A stretch of DNA of 63,957 nucleotides, counting the filler, from Thelocarpon superellum (taxonomy: Eukaryota), in NCBI GenBank assembly GCA_026025795.1. It is 3 parts of 3 records of this genome, joined end to end, with 100 filler letters (N's around TTAATTAATTAA, not from the genome) between each part and the next. Parts side by side here need not be neighbours in the genome. Positions count along the whole stretch, not along the records: positions 1 to 21,822 come from JAPEUG010000303.1; positions 21,923 to 43,665 come from JAPEUG010000304.1; 1 more part is not named here. One strand, 5' to 3'. A program made the translations under genes and the position numbers. Shown here one piece after another: positions 13,818 through 26,525 of the stretch. Under the pieces are notes generated by a model. That model worked only from the letters and a program-made list of their open reading frames with translations, was not told where the DNA came from and searched no databases. The number at the start of each line of letters is the position of its first letter. The stretch's first letter is position 1.

Positions 13818-14850
13818 CTTCCCGCTGGCGCCGGGCGCTTCCCACGCTCGCTTGAGGGGGAGCCAGGGGGGTGGGGGGAATTGGTGAGTGTCGGCTGAGC
13901 ACGACCGTGTCCTTATAGACGAGAGGGTCTGAGAGCGACGACAGGCCAGGGATGCGAGATCTTATGTCGCGGTAGTGGGGGAGGCGGACGGACGAAGAGG
14001 ATGAATGGCGTATGGGCGGTGGACGGTTGAGGATGGCATGTGCTCGACGAGTCGTAGTGCCGGGTAGCAGTTGGTGTCCTCGCAGGAGCCAGTACGGGTC
14101 AGTGTGGTGATGGGACGCGGTCGTGGGTATTGTGCGTTTGAGTTCGGCGGGCACTGCAGGGGCTAAAGACGGCGCCAGGCTGGGAGCAGCGTTGGCGCAG
14201 CCATGGTGCGCCGTGGATCCGATCAGCTGCGCCCGGCGCGTGCCCGACCAGGCAGGACTGGCGAGGTCCTAGTGCCAGTCGCGCTTGTATCATCCATCCC
14301 CAAGTGACACCGCCCGGTACCTGGCCTACCTGGCTGGCCGGCTCGTCCAGCGCCTGACCCTGGAGCGCTAGCGACCAGTCGCCGACCGCTGCCACGGGTG
14401 ACTGTTCCTGCCAGAAGCCCCCCGTACTCGTACCTGTCGCGCGGCGCGCCGCAACATCGCCCTTCCTACGGGTACAGGTACGCGCAGCGGCCGTGGTGCA
14501 GTGGGAGTTGATGCACCGCATGCGACCGGGCTAGCGCGCTCGCTCGACCACGCTGGACGCAGCAGTCGCCTTCCCCAATCGGGCCGCCGTCGCTTTGGGC
14601 GGTGCCTGGGGTCTCCCTGGTTTCAGATGGCTCCCTTGGCGCCTCAGTGCTCCAATGATACACAGCTCACGCCCCGCATTCGAGTCGTGGCCTCTTCGCT
14701 ACATGGCACGCCACACGGACCTGATCATGCCCCAACATGCTCTAGTACATGTACAGATGTCTTTCTCTGAGACCGCATCGGTCAACGACATTGTCAAGGG
14801 TCCTCCAACGCCTCGAAATGTGCATGCTCCCCCGACCTGCTGGACCAGTC

Positions 14851-15638
14851 CTAGCCTCCCCGCGTTAAGCTACGACGAAAGGCCCATCAGTGGGGGTTCA
14901 GTGCTGTCCGGGGGCGAGAGCGATGGCCTTACCCTTCCTTCTTCAGCTCCAACTTCGTTGTGGCCTCGTGTGAAGTCGCGCGGTGCACCGTGGACGCTGC
15001 GCCTCCCTCCTCATCATCTGCACATCCACAGTCGTAGAAGTCGCCGATCTTGGAGCAGTCGAACAGCGTCTTCTTCAAGGACTTGTTCACCTCGTTGTGG
15101 ACATGACAGGCCCACGCGGCCGCGGTGGAGCGGGAGGTGACCTGAGGTGGAAACTTGGAGAGGATTTGGCGGAAATGCCCCGCACATTCGCCGCTGCCAT
15201 TGCACCGTCGTCAGCGCGGAGGTTGGTCAAGGCCAGGCGCGACAGCACCTACCATGGATACAGCCGTGCAAAGAGGTGAAGATATGAGCGCAGTGCCGTA
15301 CTCTGGTCTTCGGTCGGCTTGTCTGGGAATCGGGCCATGGTCGTGTGAAGGACCTTCCACGCGGCTCGTCCTAGCTCGGCTCTGGGCGCCCACGTATCAG
15401 CACTAGATGTCCACATCTCCTGCGTCGGGACGCACTTGAGTGTCTCGTTGCCGAGTTTGGTGGCGACCACGTCCCCATGTAGGGTGTCGCTTGAGACGTC
15501 GACTTGATGGACCGGCACATTGAGATAGGAAGAGCCTTGCGCCGCGTGCTTGCGAGCATGGTAAAGCAATGTGAGGGCCAGGAAGACGGCCACGGCGCCG
15601 AGCAGCACCACGAAACGTCGCGGTTGGCCTGTCGGCAT
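14851..15638 (-). CDS. ERV2: FAD-linked sulfhydryl oxidase Erv2 (ER, multi-exon)
   Basis: N-terminal TM anchor, KLGNETLK|AELGRAAWKVLHT, LYPC|GECAGHF (CxxC), WACHVHNEVNKSLKK, FDCSKIGDFYDCGC tail; last exon LTRGG*. Confidence 0.93.
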
Positions 15639-16090
15639 CGTGCCCGTTCCCAAGAGGGCCACGCTCACCCACCAACCAAGTGCAGAGGGGTCAGAGCAGG
15701 GATTGGGAATGATCAGTCGTCATGGACAGCATGGCGTGACCGCACTTTGACATGCGTGCTCTCACGTATGAGCGGGGACGAGCGATGGATCCGATATCTT
15801 TTGACGACTCCCCTGTCCTGTCTCACGTGGAGAGCTTGGTTAGTCAGATTTGAGTCGTGTCTCAATGTCAGCCGGCATCCTCCGTTCGATCTGCTCGTTC
15901 GAGGACCGAAGCCCCGTTAGCGACGACTCTCCACACTCCGATATCGCTGGTTACTCATCGTCCCTCGACGTGCAAAGTAGATAAGTGGCATGACACAACA
16001 GAAGGCATGCGCCGCAAGAGCGATTCGTACAACGTCGGCCCAGGAGTGACTTGATCCTGGAAACTCTTGTAGACTCATCCCCTTCTAGTC

Positions 16091-17565
16091 ATGGCGTTTC
16101 CACCTCCCCCCGTGGACACAATCGGTATGGATAGCTCGCACACCGACGCCGAGATCGGCGTTTAAAGATCCCATCTCCCTCATGAGGCGGTGACGCTGAC
16201 AGGAGATGTCTCAATGTTAGACTGGAATGACATTGGCTTCAGAGTCAGGGAAGGTGGGTGGCGTGGAGAGATGTTGCACCGGTTCCACTTCCACCGTTTC
16301 ACAGTCGACCACTGACAGGACATGACAGTCAATGGGCACGTCGAATCGCACTTCAGCATCAAGGACGGAAAATGGAGCGAGCCCGAGTTCGTGGAAGACC
16401 CGTTTCTTCGGATCCATGGGCTCGCGCCCGGGCTCAATTATGGTGAGGCACAGCACATCCTCCGAGTGGAGGTCAAGCTGAAGTCGAGTCCAGGCCAGCA
16501 AGCGTACGAGGGCATGAAAGGTACCACCATTCTCCTGACAGGGGCGGCCCACGCGTCTGATGGCATGCAGCCTTCCGTGACCCGAGCAACAACGTCCAGA
16601 TCTTTCGTCCGACACAGAACGCGGCGCGGATGGCACATTCCGCCTCCTTCATCTCCATCCCGCCAGTGCCCGAGTCCCATTTTCTACGCTGCGTGCATCT
16701 CGCCGTATGCCTCAACGCTGGCTTCGTCCCTCCGCACGACACGGGGGCGGCATTGTATATTCGTCCCCTCCTCTTCGGCTCCAGCGCCCAACTTGGCTTG
16801 AACCCGCCGGAAGAATACACCTTTGTGGTATACGTCTTGCCCGTCGGGGTGTATCATGGGATACACGCAGTGGACGCCCTGATCCTCGAAGAATTTGACC
16901 GCGCCGCACCGGAAGGCACGGGCTCAGCCAAAGTCGGCGGCAACTATGCGCCGGTCCTGCGATGGAGCGAGCGGGCGCGTAACGAAGGATACGGGATCAC
17001 GTTGCATCTGGACAGCAAGACACGCAGCGTAATCGACGAATTCTCCACCTCGGCCTTTCTAGGCATCAAGCAGGACCAAGACGATTTCACCGTCGTCATC
17101 CCAGACAGCAAAAGCGTCATCAAGAGCGTCACCTCCGACAGCTGCGTCGAGCTTGCCAAGAGCTTTGGGTGGACTGTCGAGCGCAGACCTGTACTTCCCA
17201 CCTCCCCTATCCACGCCCGCTCAGCATCTCACTGACCACGCACCATCCAGATCCCTTATAGCGAGCTCCCATCTTTCACAGAGGTCTTGGCGGCAGGCAC
17301 AGCCGCAGCACTGGTACCGATCAAATCCATCACACAGCGCTCGACGAACGACAAGTTCACGTACCAAGAGGGCCAAACGGACGGGGGGCCCGCCTTCCAA
17401 CGGCTGCTGACGACGCTGAAGGCCGTGCAGCTCGGAAAGGTCAAGGATACCTTTGGCTGGTGCGAGAAGGTCGTGGAGGCCAAGGACTATCTTGCGCGTC
17501 GTCCCCTGCTTCATTCGTCTGAACGAACGAATGGCGTCAAGGATAGCGTGGATAAGTTGCCGTGA
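16091..17565 (+). CDS. Branched-chain amino acid aminotransferase (class IV PLP, multi-exon)
   Basis: [56 protein letters not shown] (PLP Lys), [28 protein letters not shown]. Confidence 0.95.
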
Positions 17566-17962
17566 TGCCGTGTCGTTGTCTCCCGCTTTTAGTCTTCTGT
17601 TGGGTTGTTGTCCCTGCATGGCATTTCAGGAGCTGTTTCGGGATAGAGAGAGAAAAGTCGCTGTTTCAATCCACTGGCATCCGCAAAGTCTTGCGAGGCC
17701 CGTCGTAGCATTCTGGCTTCGATCATTTATACTCCTACCGCCGGATTGGGTATCTAGGGAAGTGAGATGAAAAGCGGGTGCTATATGGGCACGAAAACGG
17801 TGAGGGAGTACGGTGAGCAGAGTGACACATCGAGGAGTAAACACGATGTGGTGAAAGGTGAGGATGATGCCTGGAAGCGCGACGATGACGACAGACATGA
17901 GCGTAACAAAGAGCTAAGGACGCGGGCAATCTCCAATCCTTTCCTGACGCCGTGTGTCCGAT

Positions 17963-20364
17963 TTAAACGCCATTATGCCGAATGGGATTCGCGTTGAGTA
18001 GGCCGGCCAAGTAGCCTGCAAATCTGCCTTTCTTCGCCTTCGTCACGATATTTCCATGCTTGCGTTCGTTCTCGTCACTGTCGTCGGCGTCGTCGTCGTC
18101 GTCATCATCATCGTCGTCGCTCGAATTACTATCGTTGTCGTCGTTGTCGTCGTCGTCATCGTCACTCGTCTCGCCTGCGCTCGTTCCCGACTTGGGCGGA
18201 GAAAGCCGACGCTTCGGAGTCGGCGTCGCGAGGGATACGGGAGTCAGTTGTGATGATCGCTCGGTGGCGAGCTTCTTCACACTGATCGCGCCGGTCGAAT
18301 TGAGGGAGGGCGTTGCCGACTTCAACGTAGACAGACTGGGAAAGCGCGGTGGCCTACTGGGCCTCGCCGGTCGAGACCGCGCAGACGGCATGATGTTCTT
18401 GGAGGCGGGCAGGGTATGGGTAGACGAGGTAGGATCAAGGCGCTGTAGAATGCCGCCCGCACTCTCTTCGGCGACTTGATTGGTCAAGGGAGGCGAGGAT
18501 CCAACGGAGAGATCTTCGCTAGTGTCGACATCATCACTTTCAGCGTTGCTCTCACCCGATCCCTTGGTCACGGAGACATCCTCTTCAAGGCCGCTGGTCG
18601 ATGGACTCGATGAACCCGAGCGGGATCTGGATTCCACTGGCGTTGCGGATCTTGACAAGGGGCCGGGCAACGGATCTTCTTCCTCGGCCCCCGACGCAGT
18701 TCCGCTCTCTGAAACCGAGTCTGACGAGCTGTCGGAGAGATAGCGCGCAGGAGAACGGCTTACGGAGCGCGACGCGGCGTTCAAGGACGCTTTCGATGAA
18801 GTCCGAACTTCCGTGGATTGAGGTCCAGTCCCGGACGGATCCGGCTCTCCGGCTTTGTTCGCAATAGTGTCGTCGCGAGGTTCATCGACCGGGGCAGATT
18901 CCATGTCTGCCGGCGGCTCCATATCCTGCAGCTTCATCGTCGACACGATTTCAGACTCCGCCGGGGGTGGCACCGCTTGCGCCTTGTTGGATGCCATGGA
19001 GGCAGAGGATAGTTCAGAATCCTCGGCGCTCGACGAAATGGAAATTGGTGTGGACGTTTTCACGGCCTGTGCTGGGGAGGAAGGATCGTTTGCTTTGCCC
19101 TTGCCTTTGATGTCCCGCCGAAGTGTGAGCACCGTTTGCACCTTTTCGGCCTGCCTGGTGGCATCCTTAGCAACGCCGCTCTTTTTGGTCACGAGCTTTT
19201 GACGAAGGGACGGTCTTGAGGATGGACCAGAGAAAGTGGCATTTGAACCGGGAGGAAGATCCGAGACGACGGGGAAGGTAGAAATTGCTCGGCCCGACGG
19301 ATCTAGACCATTGACATCCGCTTGAGCTGTCGGAGCGACACCTGCAGCTGTACCAGGACTGGAATCGTCTTCCTGATCGTGGAATCCAGTCTGTGGTGTC
19401 TTGGACGCATTCGAACTAGTTGGAGCCAAACGCGCCTTCTTGGGTATGGGCGGCTCATGGCCCCCGGAATTGGCTCGCTTTCTCCCGTTGCCATCGGGTT
19501 CGTTGAGCTCGTCGGGCTTTTCGGGTCCACTGGGCCCGTTGGGAAGCGATGAATCGACCCTCTTCACTTCAGGCCCTCTGACGGGAGTGTGAAGCCATGC
19601 TGATGCGGAAGTACTAAGGGATTGAGTACTCAACTTTCGTCCATTCACAGGGGTGCCATGAGAAGTGGTACGAGCAACGGCCCGGGTTGGCGCCGCCGTA
19701 GGCGTGGTCAATTTGAGGTGCGATCGGGGGCGCTTCCGAGGACCAGACCGACCGGGGAGACGGTGGACGGCCTCCTCGTCCGTCTCGACCGCGTCGTAGA
19801 TGCCAGGCGGGCTCCCCGCCCTCGATTCCGGCTCCCGGGAGGGCAAGGGTCGCTTCGCTTGTTCACGAAGACCTCCATCAGCCTCGCGACCCAGTGATGG
19901 TCCGTTCAATGGCTGGACTTTCACCAAGCCGGAGTGGTGATGACGACCTTCTCGACGGTCGCCACCAAGCGATGGGCCGAGGTGATGAGGATGTAGGGCA
20001 GAGTTAGGGGCGACGGAACTTTCGCGAGTGGTCCCTGGTCGAGTGACTTTCACCACATCCTTGTCGCGGAAAACGTCGTGCACGACGTAGCTGAGGTCGA
20101 GATCGGCGTCGGATCCGTCTTGCAACTTCTTAACCTCGAGCGTCCTGAAGGCGTACCGTCATGTCATCAGCTCGGGTGAGCTGGACTAAGACCTGGTGGG
20201 ACCTACGGATGTTGGGGGTAGTTCCGTTGGTGCTGTTCGACGATTTGCCTGACCAGATCTTTCAAGGAGTCGGTCGGCTGAGCGAGTAATAAGAAGGACG
20301 GTGGTCTGTCAATCGTAGGTAGATCGGGCGATGGGAGGATCTTGACGTGTAGCCGGAGCTTCAT
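17963..20364 (-). CDS. Nucleolar Dnt1/Net1-like protein (Cdc14-binding N-terminal domain) with long disordered Ser/Asp-rich tail
   Basis: Exon 1 MKLRLHVKILP..SFLLLAQPTDSLKDLVRQIVEQHQRNYP; exon 2 LEVKKLQDGSDADLDLSYVVHDVF matches the Dnt1/Net1 N-terminal pattern (LQD...DLD..Y.V.DVF); 720-aa ORF with acidic tracts. Confidence 0.75.
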
Positions 20365-21822
20365 CTTGGCGGTTTGGAGATGTTCGTCATGACCATGGCG
20401 CGTGCGACGGCGGCGGCGGCGGCGGCGGCGATGGCGATGAACAGTGGGATCAGGGAAGCGACGTCAACCTCACGTTGCAGACAGCAGAGAACGGGTTCAG
20501 AGTCCACGGGTAAGAGCCGGGGTTTGCGCCTTCCTGCTTGTACTGGGTACGACGGCAGGTTGAGATAACAATTCCATCGTCGGTATGACCTCGAGCTGAT
20601 CTCCGCAGTTGCCAGGGTTGAATGGTGGCCAACTGGAAATCCGGTTCGTCGCAGCTTCGATGCCGTTGGAACTGAAGCCGTTCTCGCTCCTCGTTGTAAT
20701 CGGTCGCCGGAGTACCGTCAAACTGACCAACGTCTCGCGGAGACCTGCTGGACAACAGAGGAAGTTGCAGTCCGCGTACGAGGGTGGGATATGGATCCTT
20801 ACTTGGCGTTTCGCGGAGGAGCCTAGTGTCTCTGCCGCGCTTCCGCATAACTAAGAGCATGGTATGCGTATCGTGAACTCTAGCGTTCCAGCATTACTAC
20901 GGTGGTCGTACGCAAAGGTCTCTGGCACAATGATAGGGAGGTCTTGGCTCGCCATTCTAATTAGCTAGAAAAGCTTCATGATAGACGACGCCTCCATCAG
21001 ATTCCCATCTCCAGACCACAAAGCAATGAGAGCACAGTCTCATGATCAGCCATTCGGAGCATTATATGAGGCTTGGGAGCCGTCTGCCATGCTCACCAAC
21101 TCGCCCAACTCGAGATGAAGTAGCGGTGGCTGACAGCATGGACTGCCTGCCTTTCGGCAATCTGCTGACCGCCATGTCCATTTGGTGTGAAGAGGGATAG
21201 CCATGCCCATGACAATTGACAGATGGCCACCAAGGAGAGGGTCGAGCAGAACAAGTCCATGTCCCATGGACACGATCTTCGCTTCTCCACAACATCGACG
21301 CTCTTGTCCGAGCCATCATCAATTCGATCCCTCTCGACGAGAAGTGAGACCACAAGCAGCAGCAGCGTGCCATCGGTTCTGATTGCCATCGCAGCTCTCT
21401 GACTTATCATCACGATCTTGTATCGTGGCTTCCGGCTATGATCGATCGACTGCACTCCATGACCCTATCCGCTGAAACTTGCGATTTGAACCAAAGAAAA
21501 TCACACAGATGAGGGGCCAGATGTTAGGATGATGAGGTGAGAAAAGGCAGCCATCGAACCACGCGACCTCCTAGCATAGAAGTGGCTCCGTATTGTGCGT
21601 CCTCACATCGATCGGTATGGTTGCTACCTCCATCAACCTGTCATCTGTTTGCTAAGAGGCCGGTTAGAAATCGACCCTTTCTGTCCAGTACCATCTCCCT
21701 CCACAGCCTCTCTTCGGTTGTACACTTGCCTTTGTTTGATCCAACACCTTGCTAAACACCTTGCTACACAGAGCCGCAGCTCGCATTCGTTGAGCTCACG
21801 GTGGAGCTCACTTGACAGTCGA

Positions 21823-21922
21823 NNNNNNNNNNNNNNNNNNNNNNNNNNNNNNNNNNNNNNNNNNNNTTAATTAATTAANNNNNNNNNNNNNNNNNNNNNN
21901 NNNNNNNNNNNNNNNNNNNNNN
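21823..21922. other. Assembly gap (N run with TTAATTAATTAA spacer)
   Basis: 100 nt of N around a six-frame-stop linker; artificial. Confidence 0.98.
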
Positions 21923-22769
21923 GTCTCACTCGCCCACGTTTGATGGCACAGCCGCGCCAGGTAGCGGGCCGGCGGAAAGACACTGGATCAGGTCAGCAGG
22001 TCGGCTGGAAGGCGTAGTGACAACTCGTCAATGTACCTCGGGATGATCTTCCTCATGCTCAGGAATGTATTTTCCAGGATCAGACCGATCACTGCGTTCT
22101 TGTCCCGGTTTTTCGCGACGAGCTGGATGCCCACGGAACCCCCCAGGCTCTGTCCGTACACAATAACCTTATCGTCTCGCAGGTCTGCCCGCTGGCGAAT
22201 GTAGTCCAGGCCCGTCTGCGCATCGAGCAGTAGCCCACGCTCGTCGGGCGTGCCGGTAGAGAATCCGTACCCGCGATACTCCAACATCAAGATCTTGCAG
22301 CCCGTATCTTCTTGCAGCTTGATGCCGATGGGCACCCGGTGACCAATATTGCCCGCATTTCCGTGAAACATAATCACCGTCACTTTCCGCGCCTGGCTCT
22401 CGTTGCTCGGACGTAGAAGGAAGGCGCCAATGGTCTCACCATCGGGCGTGGGAAGATGCAGTTCTTCGTAATCACTGAAGCCAAACTTGCGTGGCCGAAA
22501 GACGTCGGTCCGTGAGCCGGCCGGAAAGTTTCGCGGGTAGATGAGCTCACTGAAGATCATGGCCGAGGCCGCACGTCAGTCACGGACACGAGAGACGGGC
22601 AGCAGTGGGACGGGGACGGGGCTGACTTCTGTTTGAAATATAGCAGGCCGCTCATCACCGCCGCGAGGCCGGAGGAGGCCAAAACGGGGACCCTCATGTA
22701 GTTGAAGGCATTGGTCGCAGCGGCCGTCAGTTGGCCCATGTAGTCGTTGGACGACATGGTCGAGGACAT
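21923..22769 (-). CDS. bem46: BEM46/ABHD13-family alpha/beta hydrolase, 3' end lost in the gap
   Basis: SGLLYFKQ|.ELIYP, TPDGETI, MFHGNAGNIGHR, EYRGYGFSTGTPDE, YGQSLGG nucleophile elbow, LILENTFLS, VFPPARYLARLCHQTWASE, then the gap. Confidence 0.93.
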
Positions 22770-23899
22770 GTTTCCGTCCACGTACCGCCCGCCGCGGGGT
22801 GGCCCGGCGTCGGGAATCTCCACTTGCCCTCTAGCAGTGGATGAGAATCTGGGGGCCTGGTCGTCAGGCTACCGTTGGTCGGGCGCCAGACATGCGTGCC
22901 TAGGCCACGCTCGCTGGATGAAGAAGAGTCGATCACGCCCAAGGCAACACTGCAGGGTTACGCACGACCCAGCGGTACGTAAGTCTTGGTGCTGAAGCGT
23001 CGAATTGGGTCCGGGTGATCACTCTGGACTCCAACCTTGCTCTCGGACAGACTCTTGGGAGGAAAACGACTGCAGGCAACCAGGTCGATGCTGTCTCGGC
23101 GGTGTACGGCGGACGTGTTTGCGGATAAAGAAGTCGGGATGGCGGCGGCAACCTCCACCTCCTTGGTATGGACGGGCAAGTACTCATACGAGTACAATCG
23201 TCGTCTAGCGAGACCTGTCCTGGGGAATCCCTGTCCCCGCCGCGACCAACCGGGGAAAGTGGATGGCGGGGGCACTACTCGACCAACTAACCAGGGTCCT
23301 CAACACCCCGTCCCAGACCCCGGCTGCGTGGAAGACAATCAGCCGTCTCGAACTATCAAACGATAGCGTAACGTGCAATTACCTGCGCCAGGCACGACCC
23401 ACGTGGAGGGAGCTTGATGGTGTCGACCGACAGTCTTCGACCAGCACGCTTGCGAGATTGACCTTCTCACTAATATACCGTCAACAGGCGGACGTATACT
23501 AATATCACAATATGATGGCGGTGCGAGGGCCGTCTCAAGCCATACTCAGCCCGCCTATCATCTACTGAATTCTAAACATGGTCTGTGGAGGCCCTCCCAG
23601 AGAAACGTGGCGGACGACTGCGCACGGTCGGAACTCTCATGTTCTGAGATCACGCCACTGATTTGGTGATGTGTTGCCTACCATATTCTGGAGTTAGTCG
23701 TCGCATACCGCTAGAGCCTAGGCATCATCAGGGCGATGCTATGGCAGGCACCAGAAGCGTCGGCGAGGCCTGCCCGTCATCACGCGTAGCATCAGTGAGG
23801 AGCGTTAGAGACGACTCTTCGCCGCCAGCCTAGAATTTGCAAGATGCGCCAGCAAGAGCTCTCTCGCTAACTCTGACCGACCGCTGGCGCTGCCTGCTC

Positions 23900-24332
23900 C
23901 GTCTTGCCGATCCATCAGCTTCCAAAGTCGATGTCAGCGCCGGACTCCATTCGATAGCGGCTTCACCCCCACGTGTCCCGCAAGCGCAGCTGCCTACAGC
24001 GGTCGACCGAGAGGATGTCCCGCGGCACACGCATGTACAGCAACATCATGTTCTGGCAGCGAGCGAACTATGGCCTCGCTCTCGGTAACTTCAGCCGCTC
24101 GCAGCGCATGGCCTAAGAGTCCGCTTTAGGTGTTGACCTCAGCACCCTACGCCAACAGCAGTCGTACCGCTGATTGGGGCCCTACCATTACAGCTACTCT
24201 CAAGACATTGCCGCAGCGTCCCCCGCGAGCGTCGACGTCAGCGCCATTGTCGAGAAGCTGCTTATGAATAACCGATACACATGCTTTGGCCATATGGTAC
24301 GCCGCGGTGTTTAGTGGGTGGTAGGCAATCAA
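23900..24332 (-). pseudogene. Degenerate ankyrin-repeat gene fragment
   Basis: LLDNGADVDARGGRCGNVLRVA, LLA*GAEVNT*SGLLGHALRAA, PL*AAALAGH, and after a frameshift ESGADID; in-frame stops at 24147-24149, 24126-24128 and 23994-23996. Confidence 0.8.
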
Positions 24333-25615
24333 TCTCCCAGCGCAACCCTAAGGGCGTCCAGGACGATGCAGCCGACTCGACGCCTAGATTGAATTGCCCT
24401 GTGAGACGAGCTTCAAAGTATGCGCATGAAGGTCGTTCGACTCCGGGCCGTCACTGCCAGCTTCAGGCATGACTCTACCAACATGCCGCCATAGAGGATA
24501 GCAAAGATGTGCGGTCGAGCTGCATCCGGTCCGACCGGATGGCCTCGTCTGGCAGCATTCGTAACGGGCGTCGATGATAAGATGGCCCCGCGAGCATGAT
24601 GTCGCATCGTTTACAGCGTCGCCATCAGCTCATCCAAACGGGGCTGGCGTCCACTCTCTCGACATGAGTTGCTGTAGAGTCTGTGGAGCTCGTGCGGAAG
24701 AAAACACACGGAGAAGAGAATTGTGATAGTGCGCCCAATTCGCGGTCAGATTGAGAAGCTGCCACATGCTATGATCCACGAGCGCGATTCCTAAGCAGCA
24801 TTGGCGAAGAAATCTCCCCGGTCGCGGTGGAGGGGTGAGTGGGCGCCTTTCATGGCGGGCTACGCTTTGCCGGTGGCGGCGGCGAACAAAGAACTGTATA
24901 GTCAACTCGGACAATGGTCGAAGAAGAGGCTTTGCCGTGGACGCGGGCTCGATCCTCTTCAAGCTGACCGTTCCGGACTTGAGCAGACAACCCACGGCCG
25001 TGTTATTGACACCTAGTATTTGCAAAGACAAGGTCTTGTTGCTATGATTGCATCTTGGAATGACTTCAGTTGGACTCTCTAATGGCCCGGGCAGAGAATT
25101 CACCATCAAAGCTACCCTGAAATCGTTGTATCGACTGCTTGCGCCGTCCGGACATTGTGGGCTGATCTGGCCCCTGGAGGAGCCCAGGCGAGAGCTCCGA
25201 GAACCAACCAATGACCGAACGCCTTGTCCCACGAGCTGCACTTATACGGGGGTGCCCCAGTGGAATATTTCGCCCATAAGTACTACTACTACTAGATTGT
25301 GGGGCGAAAGAACATGTTTGGGTATCCATCGACCGCAGTGCTCAGCAGACCATAGGGTTGGAGTTTGCGAGAGCTTGGGTACGGGTAGTCTACTCCCGCT
25401 TATAGTTGCTCTCTTCGCGAGTCAGATGGAGTTGCGCCCGGCTGTACTTGCTGCCGACGTCGAGCAGAGATCCGCGCGTTGAAGCTGCCTGCGAACAAAG
25501 GTCACCTTTCGCCCACCCCCAACGAGCTTTTCTCCCCCTCATTCCATCAGCTTCAGACTAGGTCGAGGGGAGCAGTTTGGTGCTCACAACGCTCGGTCCT
25601 TTGGAATCTCACACG

Positions 25616-26525
25616 ATGCCTTCTTCGACGGGCATGCTGCGCGAAGGTGGGCGAGCCTCTGGGCACCGACGTCGGAGATGGCCCCAGAGTGACTGACGAG
25701 GACGTAGATGGCATCCACGTCGATATGGACCACTTGAAGAAGGGGGAGGTCAAGTTAGTATGCCCGAGCAGTTTTGATGACGTGCGACTGACTGAGCGGC
25801 GCTCCAGCTTAGGAACATCCATGTATGGGATCGAATCATGAGCGGCGTGGGCATTGCACTGACGACGGCACAGTATGGCCATCAACTTCCGGGATGGGGT
25901 GATCCTCGGGGCTGACAGCCGGACGACGACGGGCGCGTACATTGCGAATCGAGTGACGGATAAGCTCACGCAAGTCCATGACACTATCTGGTGCTGTCGA
26001 TCTGGGTCGGCGGCCGACACCCAGGCTGTGGCGGACATCGTACATTACCATCTCGGGATGTACGACATCACTAACGATGAGGCGCCGACCACTCAAACGG
26101 CTGCGGCTATCTTCCAGGATCTATGTTATGATAACAAAGACCAACTGAGGTGGGTGACAGTGACCGCATGTGGCGCCCGAATCATGGCTGATGTCACGCG
26201 TAGCGCCGGCATGATCATCGCGGGGTACGACCATCGACGCGGCGGCCAGGTTTACTCGATTCCGCTCGGCGGCTCGCTCCACCAGCAATCGTACGCCATC
26301 GGGGGCTCGGGCTCGACATACATCTACGGGTACTGTGACTCCAACTGGAAGGAGGGCATGACGGAGGCGGAGGGCATCGCCTTTGTGAAGGGTGCCCTTG
26401 GCGAGGCCATCAGATGGGACGGAAGTTCAGGAGGTGTGATCCGCATGGTCGTCTTAACCGCCAAGGGTGCCGTCCGACATCTGTATCTTCCCGATAATGG
26501 CTACACAGGGCCGGGGACCCAATAG
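25616..26525 (+). CDS. PRE3: 20S proteasome subunit beta1 (caspase-like), 5 exons
   Basis: DGIHVDMDHLKKGEVN|LGTSI|MAINFRDGVILGADSRTTTGAYIANRVTDKLT, CCRSGSAADTQA, YAIGGSGSTYIYG, WDGSSGGVIR. Confidence 0.97.

Noticed and set aside
16125..16570. TPP riboswitch in the BCAT introns or other introns
   Set aside because: No GCTGAGA / GAACTTGATC aptamer core found, and no thiamine-related gene in the window.
21867..21878. TTAATTAATTAA palindrome inside both N gaps
   Set aside because: Identical in both gaps and embedded in Ns: a scaffolding linker with stops in all six frames, not biology.
24425..24460. GTTCGACTCC resembling a tRNA T-loop
   Set aside because: The flanks do not form a T-stem or cloverleaf.
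26150..26203. In-frame stop-free 54-nt insertion in the PRE3 ORF
   Set aside because: Has GT..GCTGAT..TAG signals and interrupts conserved sequence; an ordinary intron, not a novel domain.
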